A stretch of DNA of 64,000 nt, taken from Candidatus Bipolaricaulota bacterium (lineage in GTDB: Bacteria; Bipolaricaulota; Bipolaricaulia; RBG-16-55-9). The number at the start of each line of letters is the position of its first letter. Position 1 is the first letter of the stretch. Made by a program: the position numbers and the translations under genes. The notes below the pieces were generated by a model that did no database searches, was not told the origin of the DNA, and saw nothing but the letters and a program-made list of their open reading frames with translations. The DNA is taken from contig JALSGO010000083.1 of assembly GCA_026982655.1 (NCBI GenBank), positions 30 through 64,029 on the forward strand, written 5' to 3'. Positions 1 through 9,563 of this stretch are shown here, one piece after another.

Positions 1-1
1 G

Positions 2-247
2 ACGTGGGACCTGGAGACGGGCCTGCGCTGGCACCTCTCGCCGCAGTTGGCCCTCTCCCTGCAGGCCCTCTTTCTCTTCGACGTCCTCGACGGCTTCGGC
101 CCCCAGCTGGGGGCCGAGGTGCGCTGGAGCTTTCCCCTAACTTCGACAGGGTCGTGGAGGTTCTTCAACGAGGTAGGGCTGTACGTTCCCCTGAAGGAGC
201 GCTTCGTACAGCCCGTCTACGGGGCAGGGATCTCGCTGCGGTTTTGA
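2..247 (+). CDS. 3' end of an outer-membrane beta-barrel-like protein (5' end cut by window edge)
   Basis: Frame 2 is open from the window edge. Sequence shows an alternating hydrophobic pattern and ends GAGISLRF-stop (terminal aromatic residue as in an OMP beta-signal). The competing frame-1 ORF 4..297 is Pro/Arg/Gly low complexity. Confidence 0.45.
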   Translation, partial: TWDLETGLRWHLSPQLALSLQALFLFDVLDGFGPQLGAEVRWSFPLTSTGSWRFFNEVGLYVPLKERFVQPVYGAGISLRF

Positions 248-424
248 CGACGGAGGGTGGGATCCACCGGGCGATGATCCGGCTCATGTCCTGGTGAGCA
301 GGTAAGCTTTGCAGGTTTGACATGGGAGGATCTGCGAACTCCACAGACCTTCTCGTCGGAGTCTCGAAAGGAGGGGGACTAAAGCTGGGTACGTGCCAGC
401 CGGATGGGGAGAGAACGCCCCGCC

Positions 425-814
425 CTACTCCCGGCGGTGCCGGGATCGTCGGCGCTCCGGAAAGAAAGCTAAAGCAAGCCCGATGCCCACGGCATCGATG
501 AGCACGTCCCGGGGGCTCCCCTCCCGCCCCGGAACGAAGCTTTGGTGGTACTCGTCGAGCGCGGCGTAGAAGAGGGCCAAGGCCGCTGCCGTGATCCGAA
601 CATGTCGCGGTGCCAGCGAGTGAGCGCGGAGCGCCCGTCCCAGGAGCCAGGTAAGAACCGCATATTCGAACACATGCCCGACCTTCCGAAGGACGAGGTC
701 TCCGGCCCGGGGCAGCCCCGATTCCAGGGAGGGCACCGAGGAGAGGGCGAAGATGAGCCCCGCCCAGGCGAACACGGGGAGCCAGTAGCGAAGAAAAAGC
801 CTCGGGCTGTGCAT
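425..814 (-). CDS. VanZ-like family membrane protein
   Basis: Multi-TM protein with a VanZ-like LDEYHQSFVPGR..DVLID motif. Start moved to the internal MHSPRLF Met, because the upstream part of ORF 425..946 is Arg/Ser low complexity. Confidence 0.7.
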   Translation of the reverse strand: MHSPRLFLRYWLPVFAWAGLIFALSSVPSLESGLPRAGDLVLRKVGHVFEYAVLTWLLGRALRAHSLAPRHVRITAAALALFYAALDEYHQSFVPGREGSPRDVLIDAVGIGLALAFFPERRRSRHRRE

Positions 815-897
815 CGTAGTCGGGATGATAGCACAGATGCAGACACAGAGGAAGTTAGGTTGACGGGAGAGAGACGATCCCCTAAGCTCAGAGCGCG

Positions 898-2595
898 ATG
901 AGCTGCGGGGTCGTCGGGGTCCTCCCCCTTGCGAGCGTCGAGGCACGCGAGGCCGTAGGGCTGACCATCGAGCTGCTGGAGAACTGCCGCAACCGCGGCG
1001 AGGACGGCACCGGCTTGCTGTTGTACGGCCAAGGGCTCTTCCCCCGGCTCTTCCACATCGAGAAGTGGTTCGGCTCCGCGTACGAGATCCCGCAACGCCT
1101 CTACGAGCTCAACCTGGAACACCACCCCGAGGCCATCCTGGGGCACACCCGCTACGCCACCCGCGGCGTCATCCAGGAGGAGAACATCCACCCCGTCTGG
1201 GCCGGATTTTCACCTTCCTGCGACGGGAATTCCCGAGACTTTGAGGAAGAAGTCCACCTCTTTCTGGTGATGAACGGCGAGGTCTCGTTCACAGAGCGCT
1301 GGGTTCGCCTCGCAGAGCGAAGGGGCATCAACCTCCACGGGGCCACCACGGACACCGCCGGGTGCGCCGGGTACTTGCTGGCGCTCTACCTCGAGCGTCG
1401 CGATCTGGGGGAGGCGCTCACGGAGTTCTACAAGCAGGCCTTCCCCTTCGGTGGCTTTTCGATTCTGGGCCTGCTCCTCGACGGCCCGCAGGCGTGGTTT
1501 CTCTATCTGAGGGACGGGATGCGCCCGCTCCACCGCGCCCGCTACGAGGGCTACGAGATCTTCGTCTCGGAGACGAAGCCCTTAACGAGCTTAGGGCTCC
1601 TCTATGAGGACATCGCCGCGATCCCGGCGGGGAGCGTGGGCTTTTGCTCCTTAGAGGATCGGGCTTGGGAGCACTTGGACATGACAAAAAGGCTTAAGGG
1701 CCGGGCGTTTCGTGGGGAGTGCTCCTTCGAGTACGCGTATTTTCAAGAGCCCAACTCCGTCATGCACGGGAGGAGCATGGACGAGATCCGGAGGGAGTTC
1801 GGCAAGGCCGCCTGCCGGGAGCATCCGCCCCAAAAACCCGAAACCGACCCGGGGGCTCGGGTGGTGGTGACCCCGGTGCCCAAGTCGGGGATCAGCGCCG
1901 CCTATGGGTACGCGGAGCAGGCGCTGCGCGACGGGTACGACGTCCACCTGGGGGCGGTGGTGCTGCGCCGGGGTGGGAGGGGGAGCGAGACCCGCTCCTT
2001 CCTGGGGGAGGGCCGCCCGGAGATCGTCCGCCGTCTGCGCAAGAAGTTCGAGATCAACGTCCAAGAGGCCAAGGACGCCGTGATCGTCAACGTGGACGAC
2101 TCCATCGTCCGGGGGAACGTCTCGGCCTGGATCACCCAGGGGGAGCGAAGAGCGGGGGCGCGGGAGGTTCGATTTGTCTCGGCCTGGCCGCCCATCCTCG
2201 GCCCCTGCTTTGCGGGGATCGCCATCGACATGGGCGAGCCCTTGGCGCATCTGGTGGCGGAGTTCGAGCCCGAAGAGCTCGCCCAAGACCACACCCCCCT
2301 GGAGGAGGAACTCAAGGAGGGCTTCGAGCACGAGGAGTTCGGCCCCACGCGCTTCGACGAGGTGGGCTACGTGAGCGTCCGGGCCGTCACCGACATCTTG
2401 CGGAAGATCGTCCCCGGGGACTTCTGCACCGGCTGCTTTACGGGGCTGTACAACTACATCAACCCGCTCAACATCCGGGGGAAGCCCTATCGCTACGCGA
2501 GGTGGCTCGACGAGTTCATCGAACAGAACGGCGTGGAGATGCCGAACGCCGAGGCCCCCGAACGAGGAGAACGGGGAGAAGGAGGCGCTTCGTGA
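898..2595 (+). CDS. amidophosphoribosyltransferase-like protein (Ntn class II glutamine amidotransferase + PRTase domain)
   Basis: N-terminal MSCGVVG (Ntn Cys), a PurF-like C.FEYAYFQEPNS segment, the PRTase loop VVVTPVPKSGISAAYGYA and the VNVDDSIVRGN PRPP motif. At 565 aa it is divergent from canonical PurF. Confidence 0.75.
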   Translation: MSCGVVGVLPLASVEAREAVGLTIELLENCRNRGEDGTGLLLYGQGLFPRLFHIEKWFGSAYEIPQRLYELNLEHHPEAILGHTRYATRGVIQEENIHPVWAGFSPSCDGNSRDFEEEVHLFLVMNGEVSFTERWVRLAERRGINLHGATTDTAGCAGYLLALYLERRDLGEALTEFYKQAFPFGGFSILGLLLDGPQAWFLYLRDGMRPLHRARYEGYEIFVSETKPLTSLGLLYEDIAAIPAGSVGFCSLEDRAWEHLDMTKRLKGRAFRGECSFEYAYFQEPNSVMHGRSMDEIRREFGKAACREHPPQKPETDPGARVVVTPVPKSGISAAYGYAEQALRDGYDVHLGAVVLRRGGRGSETRSFLGEGRPEIVRRLRKKFEINVQEAKDAVIVNVDDSIVRGNVSAWITQGERRAGAREVRFVSAWPPILGPCFAGIAIDMGEPLAHLVAEFEPEELAQDHTPLEEELKEGFEHEEFGPTRFDEVGYVSVRAVTDILRKIVPGDFCTGCFTGLYNYINPLNIRGKPYRYARWLDEFIEQNGVEMPNAEAPERGERGEGGAS

Positions 2596-2614
2596 TTCGT
2601 TTCGTGAGATCAAG

Positions 2615-3100
2615 ATGAGGAAGCGGCGGACGTGGGCTTTTGTGTTCGTGCTCTTGCTTGCGATAAGCCTTTTGTCGGGGGAGGTCCGGGCGGTCGTCCG
2701 CGTCGGTGGGGGGGTGGGGTTCGTCGGCGGGGAGGCGGCTCCGGTGGGGCGGGTCGTGCTGGACGTGCTGCCCCTGTGGTTCATCGCCCTCTCGCTGGAC
2801 GTGGAGTACTGGCTCCTCCCCGACCGGGGGGAGCTGCTGCCGTTTTTGACCGCAAGCACGACGCTGATCCTCCAAGCTACCTTGGGAGCCGGTCCCCTTC
2901 TCGCTTTCAGGCTCGCGGATGAGGAGAGGAAGATAGCGCTGCAGGGGGTGGGGCTTAAGGCCGGAATCGGGACGGTGCTCGGGCCCTTAGGACTCTTTGC
3001 CGAAGCGATCGTGCTCCCGGGAGCGGATGCTCCCCTGGCCCCGCCCCTCCGGGTGCGGGGGGAGCTGCGCTTCGCCGTCGGAGCCACGCTGGGGTTCTAG
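2615..3100 (+). CDS. small exported hypothetical protein, beta-barrel-like
   Basis: Signal peptide MRKRRTWAFVFVLLLAISLL, Gly/Val/Leu-rich alternating pattern, C-terminal GATLGF-stop. Confidence 0.55.
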   Translation: MRKRRTWAFVFVLLLAISLLSGEVRAVVRVGGGVGFVGGEAAPVGRVVLDVLPLWFIALSLDVEYWLLPDRGELLPFLTASTTLILQATLGAGPLLAFRLADEERKIALQGVGLKAGIGTVLGPLGLFAEAIVLPGADAPLAPPLRVRGELRFAVGATLGF

Positions 3101-3138
3101 GGGCTGGGAAGGAGGAGGAGAAAGGGAGGGGATCCTCG

Positions 3139-4945
3139 GTGAACAAGTGGATTCTGCTCGTGCTGGCGGCGCTCGTCGTAGCGCTGCTGCTCCTGGGCTT
3201 GGGACGCCCCAAGCCGGAGGCGCCGGAGCAGGTGGCTCCTACCCCTACTCCGGCACCGAGGACGGAGAGGAGGGCGGAGCCCGTCGCGGAGGAGGGCGCG
3301 TTTAGGATGCTCTACGCGGGCTCGCCCGTCGGGGAGGAGCGCTACTCCCTGCGGAGCGTCGAAGGGGAGTGGGAGCTCCGCTCCGAGGTGGACCTCTCGA
3401 TCTTCGGGCAGGAGGCTACGCTTCGGACGAACCTGCAGCTCGCAGCGCCGGACCTCCCCCAGACGTACAGCCTCCAGGCGGACACACCCCAGGAGAGACA
3501 AGAGCTGCGGGTCACCCTCGACTGGACCGCCGGAAAGGCCTCCCTCCAAGCGAAGGCGGGAAGGCGGACGGTTCAACGCGAGCTCTCCGTGGAACGCCCG
3601 CTCTTCGTGATCGACAACAACGTGAGCAGCCACTTCGTCGTGCTCTACCGGGCGCTCCGCGTCCATGACTGGGGTGCCCGCCCGGAGCTGAAGGGGATGG
3701 CGCTCGCCCCACAACCCATGCTGACGGTCCCCCTGCGGGCCGAGCCTCCGCAGTCCGCTTCCGTCGTGAACAGAGCCACGGGGGAGACGGTGGACGTACA
3801 GAGCTTCCGCGTGCAGCTGGGAGACCTTGCGATCACGGTCTATGGGCAGGGGGACACCCTGCTGGTCATCGACAACCCGGCCCAACAGGTGCTCGTCTAC
3901 CGCTCCGACCTCCTGCCGGAGGGCGTAGAGCTCTCCGCTCCCTCGTCGGAGGCGGAAGCGTCCGAATCAGCCCTTCCCCGAGGGGTGCGGGAGGTGGAGC
4001 TCTCGTTCCGGAGCGAGGGGCTCACGCTGGCGGGGACGCTCGCGCTCCCCCAAGGGGAGGGGCCGTTCCCCGCCGTGCTGCTGCTCCCCGGCTCCGGGCC
4101 CGTAGATCGCGATGAGAACGCCCCCGGATTGCCGATCGACTTCTTCCGGGAGGCAGCCCATCGCTTGGCCCGAGAGGGGATCGCGAGCTTCCGCTACGAC
4201 AAGCGCGGCGTGGGGGAGAGCGAGGGCGACCTCTCCCGGGCGGGGATGCGCGATTTGGTAAGAGACGCCCGGGCCGCCCTAGAATTTCTCAGATCCCGGG
4301 AGGAAGTCGACCCCCGCAGGGTCTTCGTGCTGGGCCACAGCGAAGGAGGGGTCTTGGCCCCCCTGCTCGCCTCGGAGGGCGGGGTCGCCGGGGTCATCCT
4401 CGTGGCCGCGCCCGCCCAGCCCCTCGATCGGGTGCTCCTAGAGCAAGCCCGGCGAATCGCCGAAGCGATGGGCCTTCCGCCCGAACAGGTGGAAGCCCAA
4501 GTCCGGCAGACCCGACGGTTCATCGAGCTGGTGAAGTCCACCGAGGGCGATTGGGAGGACCTCCCCCCGGAGGAGCTCCAAGAGCGCTTCCCCTTGGCTC
4601 ACCGAGGAGCTGCTCGAGGCGTATCAGGGCCTCTCTCTGAGGTGGTTCCGCGAGCACTTTCGGCACAACCCCCTGCGGGCCGTGCAGTTCGTGCAGGCCC
4701 CCGTGCTGATCCTCCACGGCGAGAAGGATTTGCAGGTCGCGCCCTACCACGCGGAGCGCCTGGCCGAGGCCCTGCGCGAGGCCGGAAACCCGGACGTCAC
4801 GGTGAAGATCCTCCCCGACCTCAACCACCTCCTGCGCCGCCACCCGGAGGAACCCAGCGTCGCCTATCGGCATCTGGACGAGCCCGTGGACGAGCGCGTC
4901 CTGCGCCTCATCGCCGACTGGGTGAAGGAGCGCCTAGGGGGCTAA
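3139..4945 (+). pseudogene. exported alpha/beta-hydrolase with N-terminal extra domain, interrupted by a +1 frameshift near 4590
   Basis: GTG start after a GGAGG-rich RBS, then an N-terminal anchor. The GHSEGG nucleophile elbow is in frame 1. The conserved C-terminus (PVLILHGEKD...LNHLL) is in frame 2 (ORF 4682..4945), which is open from 4535. Frame 1 becomes Arg/Pro/Gly junk after about 4600. Confidence 0.7.
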
Positions 4946-6844
4946 GTGCTCCGTGAAGAAGCGGACGATCTCGTTATAGCATCGAACTTTGTTGGGGAAC
5001 TTCGTCACGTCGTGCCCCTCGTCCTCGAACACCAAGTATTCGACCTGCTTCCCCTGCCGACGGAGTTCCTCGACCAAGTCGCGCGACTCGGCTTCCACCA
5101 CCCGCGGGTCGTTCTTCCCCTGAATCACCAGTAGGGGGCACGCCAGACGGTGCAAATGCGTCTTGGGCGATCGCTCCACCAAGAAGTCGCGGTCGCGCTC
5201 GGGATCCCCTAGGATCATCCGGAAGTACGTCTGCCACGTCGGGGGGATGCGCTCCAAAAACGTTAAGAGGTTGTACGGCCCGAACATGTCGCAGGCGGCC
5301 TTCCACAATTCGGGGTGGCAGCCTGCGAGCATCAACGTCATATAGCCCCCGTAGGAGCGGCCCATGACGCCCGCACGCTCTAGGTCCAGCCTCTCGTCGT
5401 CCTTGAGGTGCTCGAAGGCGGCTACGTGGTCTAAGCGGTCCTTCCCGCCCCAGTCGCGGTCCACCTGCTTCATGTAGGAGAGCCCATAGCCGGAGCTGCC
5501 CCGGACGTTGGGGACGAAGACCGCAAAGCCCTTCAGCGTGAAGTACTGGATCAAGGGCATGGAGAACCAGGTGAAGTCGGGGCGCTCCTGGCTGTGGGGT
5601 CCCCCGTGGATGTAGAAGATCACGGGCCGTGGGCCTCGATACCCCAGCTGCTCCGAGGGCAGATACAACCGGGCGGAGACCCGCAGCCCGTCGTGGCTCT
5701 CATACGAGGCGTCCTCCCCCGGGGAGAGGAGCTCTTGAGGGATCCCCAGCACCCGCTCGCGGGTGTGCCGCCTCACCTCCCCGTCCTCCACGGTGTAGAT
5801 CTGCGCGGGCGAGGTGGCGGTGGAGAACGTCAGCACGAAGTGCCCGCTCCCCTTGTCGAAGTGCAAAGACTGGAGCACGCCGTCCCGCAGCGGGGCTTGG
5901 AGGCCGCAGATCGGGCGCTCGATGCGCAGTCGAAGGGCCTCTTCGTCGAAGGTCCCCTCGTAGACGTAGGAGCAGCCGTCGATGTTGTAATAAACGAGGT
6001 AGCGGTCGCCGTGGAGGCGCTCCAGGCCGGTAAGCTCCCCGAGGCCTCGGTGGAGGGTCCCCTCCACAGCCACGGGGCGCACGTCCTTGGGGTTCGCCAG
6101 CGGGAAGTACCCCAGGCCGTAGGTATCCTCGAAGAGGGAGGTCACAAAGAGCAGCCCCTCCCGCGTGAAGTGGCAGTCGTGGATCGAGTTTAAGGGGACC
6201 TCCTCGCCCGCTCGTCGTCCCTCTAAAGGCGTGCCGAAGAGGAGCTCCCGCCGTCGGGAGCCCTCCTCCCAGAGGTAGAGCACGTGATCCCCCGCCGTGT
6301 AGGAGTCCCGGAGGATGAGCTTTCGGTGATCCTCGCTTACGCCGTCCACGAGGTTGCCGTAGAGGCTCGTCCCCAGCTCTTCCCGTTTTAGGGTCTCGAG
6401 ATGGCAGCGGAACGTGAGGTGATTCGGGTCGGTGCGCGGGTCGACGGAGAAGTACGCTAGGTTGGCGTCGGGATCGCAGCGGAGGAGCCGGAGCTGTTGG
6501 CCCTCAAATTCTTCCCCGAAGAGCGGCTCGGGGAAGCCCCCCTCCAGGGGGATGACGTACGGCTGATAGTTCTCGTCCCCGTCGCGGTCGATCATCACCA
6601 CGATCTTCCCCAGTCGGGGGAAGACGGAGAAGGGCTTCCCGAACAGGAGGGCCGGGGTGTGCAGCGCCACGTCCCGGGGCAGCAAGGGCTCGGGGACGCT
6701 CCCGCCCTGGTCCATGGCGTACAGACTCAGGCGCCCGGAGAGGTCGCTGACGAAGTAGATGCGCTCCCCCACGAGCTGGGGGCTTACGAAGAGCCGAGTC
6801 GACAATAGGGCTTCTACAGATACAGACGTGCGGAGCGATGTCAT
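4934..6844 (-). CDS. S9 family serine peptidase (prolyl oligopeptidase / acylaminoacyl-peptidase type)
   Basis: N-terminal beta-propeller-like region, GRSYGGYM nucleophile motif, C-terminal LVIQGKNDPRV and EDEGHD. Start set at MTSLRT (ATG 6844), which has a GGGGAGAG RBS. Confidence 0.9.
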   Translation of the reverse strand: MTSLRTSVSVEALLSTRLFVSPQLVGERIYFVSDLSGRLSLYAMDQGGSVPEPLLPRDVALHTPALLFGKPFSVFPRLGKIVVMIDRDGDENYQPYVIPLEGGFPEPLFGEEFEGQQLRLLRCDPDANLAYFSVDPRTDPNHLTFRCHLETLKREELGTSLYGNLVDGVSEDHRKLILRDSYTAGDHVLYLWEEGSRRRELLFGTPLEGRRAGEEVPLNSIHDCHFTREGLLFVTSLFEDTYGLGYFPLANPKDVRPVAVEGTLHRGLGELTGLERLHGDRYLVYYNIDGCSYVYEGTFDEEALRLRIERPICGLQAPLRDGVLQSLHFDKGSGHFVLTFSTATSPAQIYTVEDGEVRRHTRERVLGIPQELLSPGEDASYESHDGLRVSARLYLPSEQLGYRGPRPVIFYIHGGPHSQERPDFTWFSMPLIQYFTLKGFAVFVPNVRGSSGYGLSYMKQVDRDWGGKDRLDHVAAFEHLKDDERLDLERAGVMGRSYGGYMTLMLAGCHPELWKAACDMFGPYNLLTFLERIPPTWQTYFRMILGDPERDRDFLVERSPKTHLHRLACPLLVIQGKNDPRVVEAESRDLVEELRRQGKQVEYLVFEDEGHDVTKFPNKVRCYNEIVRFFTEHLAP

Positions 6845-6930
6845 ATGGGTTCTCTCCCCTTGGATCTCGATTGAGGGTAACGGCATCGTACCCCAAACGG
6901 GGAGGGGGCACAAGGTCCGCCTGCTGGTCG

Positions 6931-7224
6931 TCAGGTTGGCATGACTTCGTAGAGTTGAAACTCGTTGGGACGGCTGAACCACTCCTTCGACGCTCCGCGG
7001 CGATGGCCTTTTTGGAACTCCTCCGAGTTCGTCCAGCGTTCGAAGTCCTCTCTCGATTCCCACCAGGTCATCACCAGGTAGTCCTCTCCGGTGGTGGGGC
7101 GGAGGATCTGGATGCGCACGAACCCCGGCATCGTCTCCACCAGCCGCTCCCGCTCGCGGAACCGCTGCTCGAAGGACTCCCGATACTCCGGTTTCACGAA
7201 GATCCGGTTGACGGCAACGATCAT
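6931..7224 (-). CDS. ABM-domain monooxygenase (IsdG/HmoB-like)
   Basis: About 97 aa with an ABM fold pattern. Asn6, Trp64 and His74 are spaced like the IsdG triad. Start at MIVAVN has a GAGGAGG RBS about 9 nt upstream. Confidence 0.7.
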   Translation of the reverse strand: MIVAVNRIFVKPEYRESFEQRFRERERLVETMPGFVRIQILRPTTGEDYLVMTWWESREDFERWTNSEEFQKGHRRGASKEWFSRPNEFQLYEVMPT

Positions 7225-7259
7225 CTCGTCTACCTCCTCGCTACGGGATCGGATGTGCA

Positions 7260-8384
7260 TCACGTTCTCATTATAGTGCGCGGCGTCTCCGCTCGATAGA
7301 GCGTGTGCGCTCCGGTGGCTGCGAGTGTCTCCACCTGTTGGAAGGACTCCCGGAGCCAGCGGAGGAGGGGGAGCCCCGCGGAGCTTACGACGTAGGCCCT
7401 CCCCCGGGGCTGCAACACCCGGGCTGCCCCCTGGATGAACCGCTGGGCCGTCTCCCGATCCCGCGTCCAGTCGCGATGAGCCGGGGGGTAGGTCAGCACG
7501 ACGTCAAAGCGTTCCCCTGCGATGCCGGAGGTGACGTCGCTATATCGTACCGCCGCCTGGGGCTCGGAGAGCCCGTAGAGCGCGAGGGTGCGCCGGGAGG
7601 CCTCCAAGGCGGCGGCGCTTACGTCCACCAGCACCGCTCGCGCCGCAAAGCGCCGGACTGCGAGGAGCCCCACGATTCCGGACCCGCATCCCAGGTCCAG
7701 CACGCGCTCCCCCGGCCTGAGGTCCATAGATTCTAGCAGCATGCGGGTCCCTGGGTCGAGTCCCTCGGCACCGTAGGCGAAGAGGGCCGGGTGGGTGTAG
7801 CTGTGCCACCTTTGCCCGTAGACCTCGACCTCGTGGAGCCGAAACCCCTCTCCGGGGTCCTCCCTCCGGGAGGAGAGAAGGAGCACGGCGCAGGCAGCTC
7901 GGCAGCCTCCGCCGTACGTCTCCTCCTCCAGATCCCCAAACAGCTCCCGTGTGAAGGCCAGGGCACCGGAGATGCCGCCGCGCTTCGGACCCGCCAGGCA
8001 GAACCGCCCGCCGGGTCGAAGGTACCAAGCGGCCAGCCGGATCAGTCGGCGGGTGAACTCCTTCCCCTTGGGGATGGAAAGACAGACGAGATCGAAGCTT
8101 CCCGGCGTAAGAACCGCGTAGCCGTCGCCGTGGAGGAGTCGGATTCGTCGCCCTGGATCGCGATCGCCCATGAGGCTGTCGCGGGCGAGAGCCCGGCGGA
8201 GGGCTTCAATGGCCCCTCCGTGGTCGTCCGCCAGCACCACGTCCCCGAGAGCTCGGCGGACGAGGAAGCGGGCGAGCTCACCCTTCCCTGCGCCACACCG
8301 CAGGTCGAGAACCCGGCGGGTGGGAGGAGAGAGGCTCAACCGGGCGATGAGCAGGCGGGCTGCGGGATCGCCGGGCTCCCTCAT
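7260..8384 (-). CDS. tandem-domain class I SAM-dependent methyltransferase (RsmC/RlmG-like)
   Basis: Two SAM-binding motifs (VLDLRCGAGKG and VLDLGCGSGIVG) and a YPPAH motif where N-MTases carry NPPFH. The start ATG at 8384 overlaps the upstream stop (ATGA). Confidence 0.75.
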   Translation of the reverse strand: MREPGDPAARLLIARLSLSPPTRRVLDLRCGAGKGELARFLVRRALGDVVLADDHGGAIEALRRALARDSLMGDRDPGRRIRLLHGDGYAVLTPGSFDLVCLSIPKGKEFTRRLIRLAAWYLRPGGRFCLAGPKRGGISGALAFTRELFGDLEEETYGGGCRAACAVLLLSSRREDPGEGFRLHEVEVYGQRWHSYTHPALFAYGAEGLDPGTRMLLESMDLRPGERVLDLGCGSGIVGLLAVRRFAARAVLVDVSAAALEASRRTLALYGLSEPQAAVRYSDVTSGIAGERFDVVLTYPPAHRDWTRDRETAQRFIQGAARVLQPRGRAYVVSSAGLPLLRWLRESFQQVETLAATGAHTLYRAETPRTIMRT

Positions 8385-9175
8385 TCTAGGGGGGCCGGGG
8401 GACTCCAAAACCCCACGAGCCAAACCTCCGATGCTGCGGCACGGAGTCGGATCGGACGGGCTGCGGAGAGCAGGGTCAACCCGCCGGGCTCCACCGTCAC
8501 CTCGGAGCCGAAGCGGTTCGTGCCCAGCCGCAACCCACCCCGCATCACGTAGAGCGCGACATCGCCTTCCGCCGGCCGCAGAGACCCCGTCCCCCGCAGG
8601 CGCAGGAGCCAAACGCTCCCGGTGGGGGACTCGAAGACGGGGGAGCCCTCTATGCTCTCGCCCTCTCCGGCTTCGGCTTCGACGTCGGTACCGGCCTTGA
8701 GCGACCTCAGAGGTTGGGTAAACCGCACGTCAAGAGCGATCCGAAGCGGAAAGAGCCCTCCAGAGATCGGCGGCTCGTCCCGGGTCACCGAGGGGGGAGG
8801 CGTGGAGAAGACGAGCAGGAGGAGAGTCCGATCGCCCGAAGGGCGGATCTCCGCTTGGGTCCCTTGGAAGAGGATGAGCAGCTCCTCCGCGTCCAGGCGG
8901 AGGTCCCCCTGAGGGAAGGTGGCGTGCCCTTGGCCCCGAAGGGCGAGCACGGCCTCGTGGCTGGCGGGGTTCGAGCGCCAGCTCTCCCCCGGCGGGATGC
9001 GCCAGAGGGTAAGGCGCCCCGACGGGTTCTCCCAGAGGACCCAAGGGGAAGGGGAGAGGGGGTCCCGGATCTCCTCCGGCGCGAGCACCCGAGGCCGAGA
9101 GCCCCCGCCGACGAGGAGATTCAGCGCCCACAGCCCCGTAAGCGCAGCGATCAGGAGGGCGAGAACCCAACGCAT
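8381..9175 (-). CDS. hypothetical membrane-anchored/exported protein (possibly cupin-like)
   Basis: N-terminal hydrophobic anchor MRWVLALLIAALTGLWAL and good codon bias. Translationally coupled to the methyltransferase. No motif I can name with certainty. Confidence 0.55.
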   Translation of the reverse strand: MRWVLALLIAALTGLWALNLLVGGGSRPRVLAPEEIRDPLSPSPWVLWENPSGRLTLWRIPPGESWRSNPASHEAVLALRGQGHATFPQGDLRLDAEELLILFQGTQAEIRPSGDRTLLLLVFSTPPPSVTRDEPPISGGLFPLRIALDVRFTQPLRSLKAGTDVEAEAGEGESIEGSPVFESPTGSVWLLRLRGTGSLRPAEGDVALYVMRGGLRLGTNRFGSEVTVEPGGLTLLSAARPIRLRAAASEVWLVGFWSPPAPLE

Positions 9176-9188
9176 GCGGCCCCGTCCT

Positions 9189-9563
9189 TCAGCCCCTCAT
9201 CGTGGGGGGGGGAGCGGGTTGGTCTCGACGGATCTCGTCCAGGGTTTCCACCGCCCTTCGCAAATGGGGGATGACGATGGACCCGCCTACGATCAAGGCA
9301 ACGCCGAACGCTTCGAAGAGCTCCTCGTCGGTTACGCCCTGCTCGGTGCACCGTAAGAGGTGGTACGTGATGCAGTCGTCACAGCGGAGCACCATCGAGG
9401 CTACCAACCCCATAAGCTCCTTCGTGCGGGCGGGCAGGGCCCCGTCCCGATACATCTGGGTGTCCAAGCTGAAGAGCCGGTTGATCGCAAGGTTCCCCTG
9501 GCGAAAGATCCGCTCGTTCATCCGTTCGCGGTACTCCTGGAATGCCTTGAGGCGATCGCCCAT
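9189..9563 (-). CDS. carboxymuconolactone decarboxylase / AhpD-fold protein with CxxC
   Basis: 124 aa, LRCDDCITYHL motif typical of the CMD/AhpD family. The start shares 1 nt with the stop of the upstream esterase gene (TGATG). Confidence 0.8.
   Translation of the reverse strand: MGDRLKAFQEYRERMNERIFRQGNLAINRLFSLDTQMYRDGALPARTKELMGLVASMVLRCDDCITYHLLRCTEQGVTDEELFEAFGVALIVGGSIVIPHLRRAVETLDEIRRDQPAPPPTMRG

Noticed and set aside
297-424. The intergenic region after the first OMP-like gene, checked for a tRNA or terminator.
   Set aside because: No cloverleaf-compatible arms, no anticodon-loop pattern and no convincing hairpin with a U-tail were seen.
1651-3087. Long antisense ORF (478 aa) opposite the PurF-like gene. 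Similar long ORFs occur at 26925..28751(-), 30766..32670(-), 33986..35893(-), 39865..41130(-), 52496..54430(-) and 61574..62875(-), and in other plus-strand frames (for example 34621..36198, 30498..32357, 37511..38700).
   Set aside because: Their translations are Arg/Pro/Gly/Ala low complexity with no motifs. They lie opposite to, or out of frame with, ORFs that have clear family signatures. This is typical of stop-codon-poor shadow frames in high-GC DNA.
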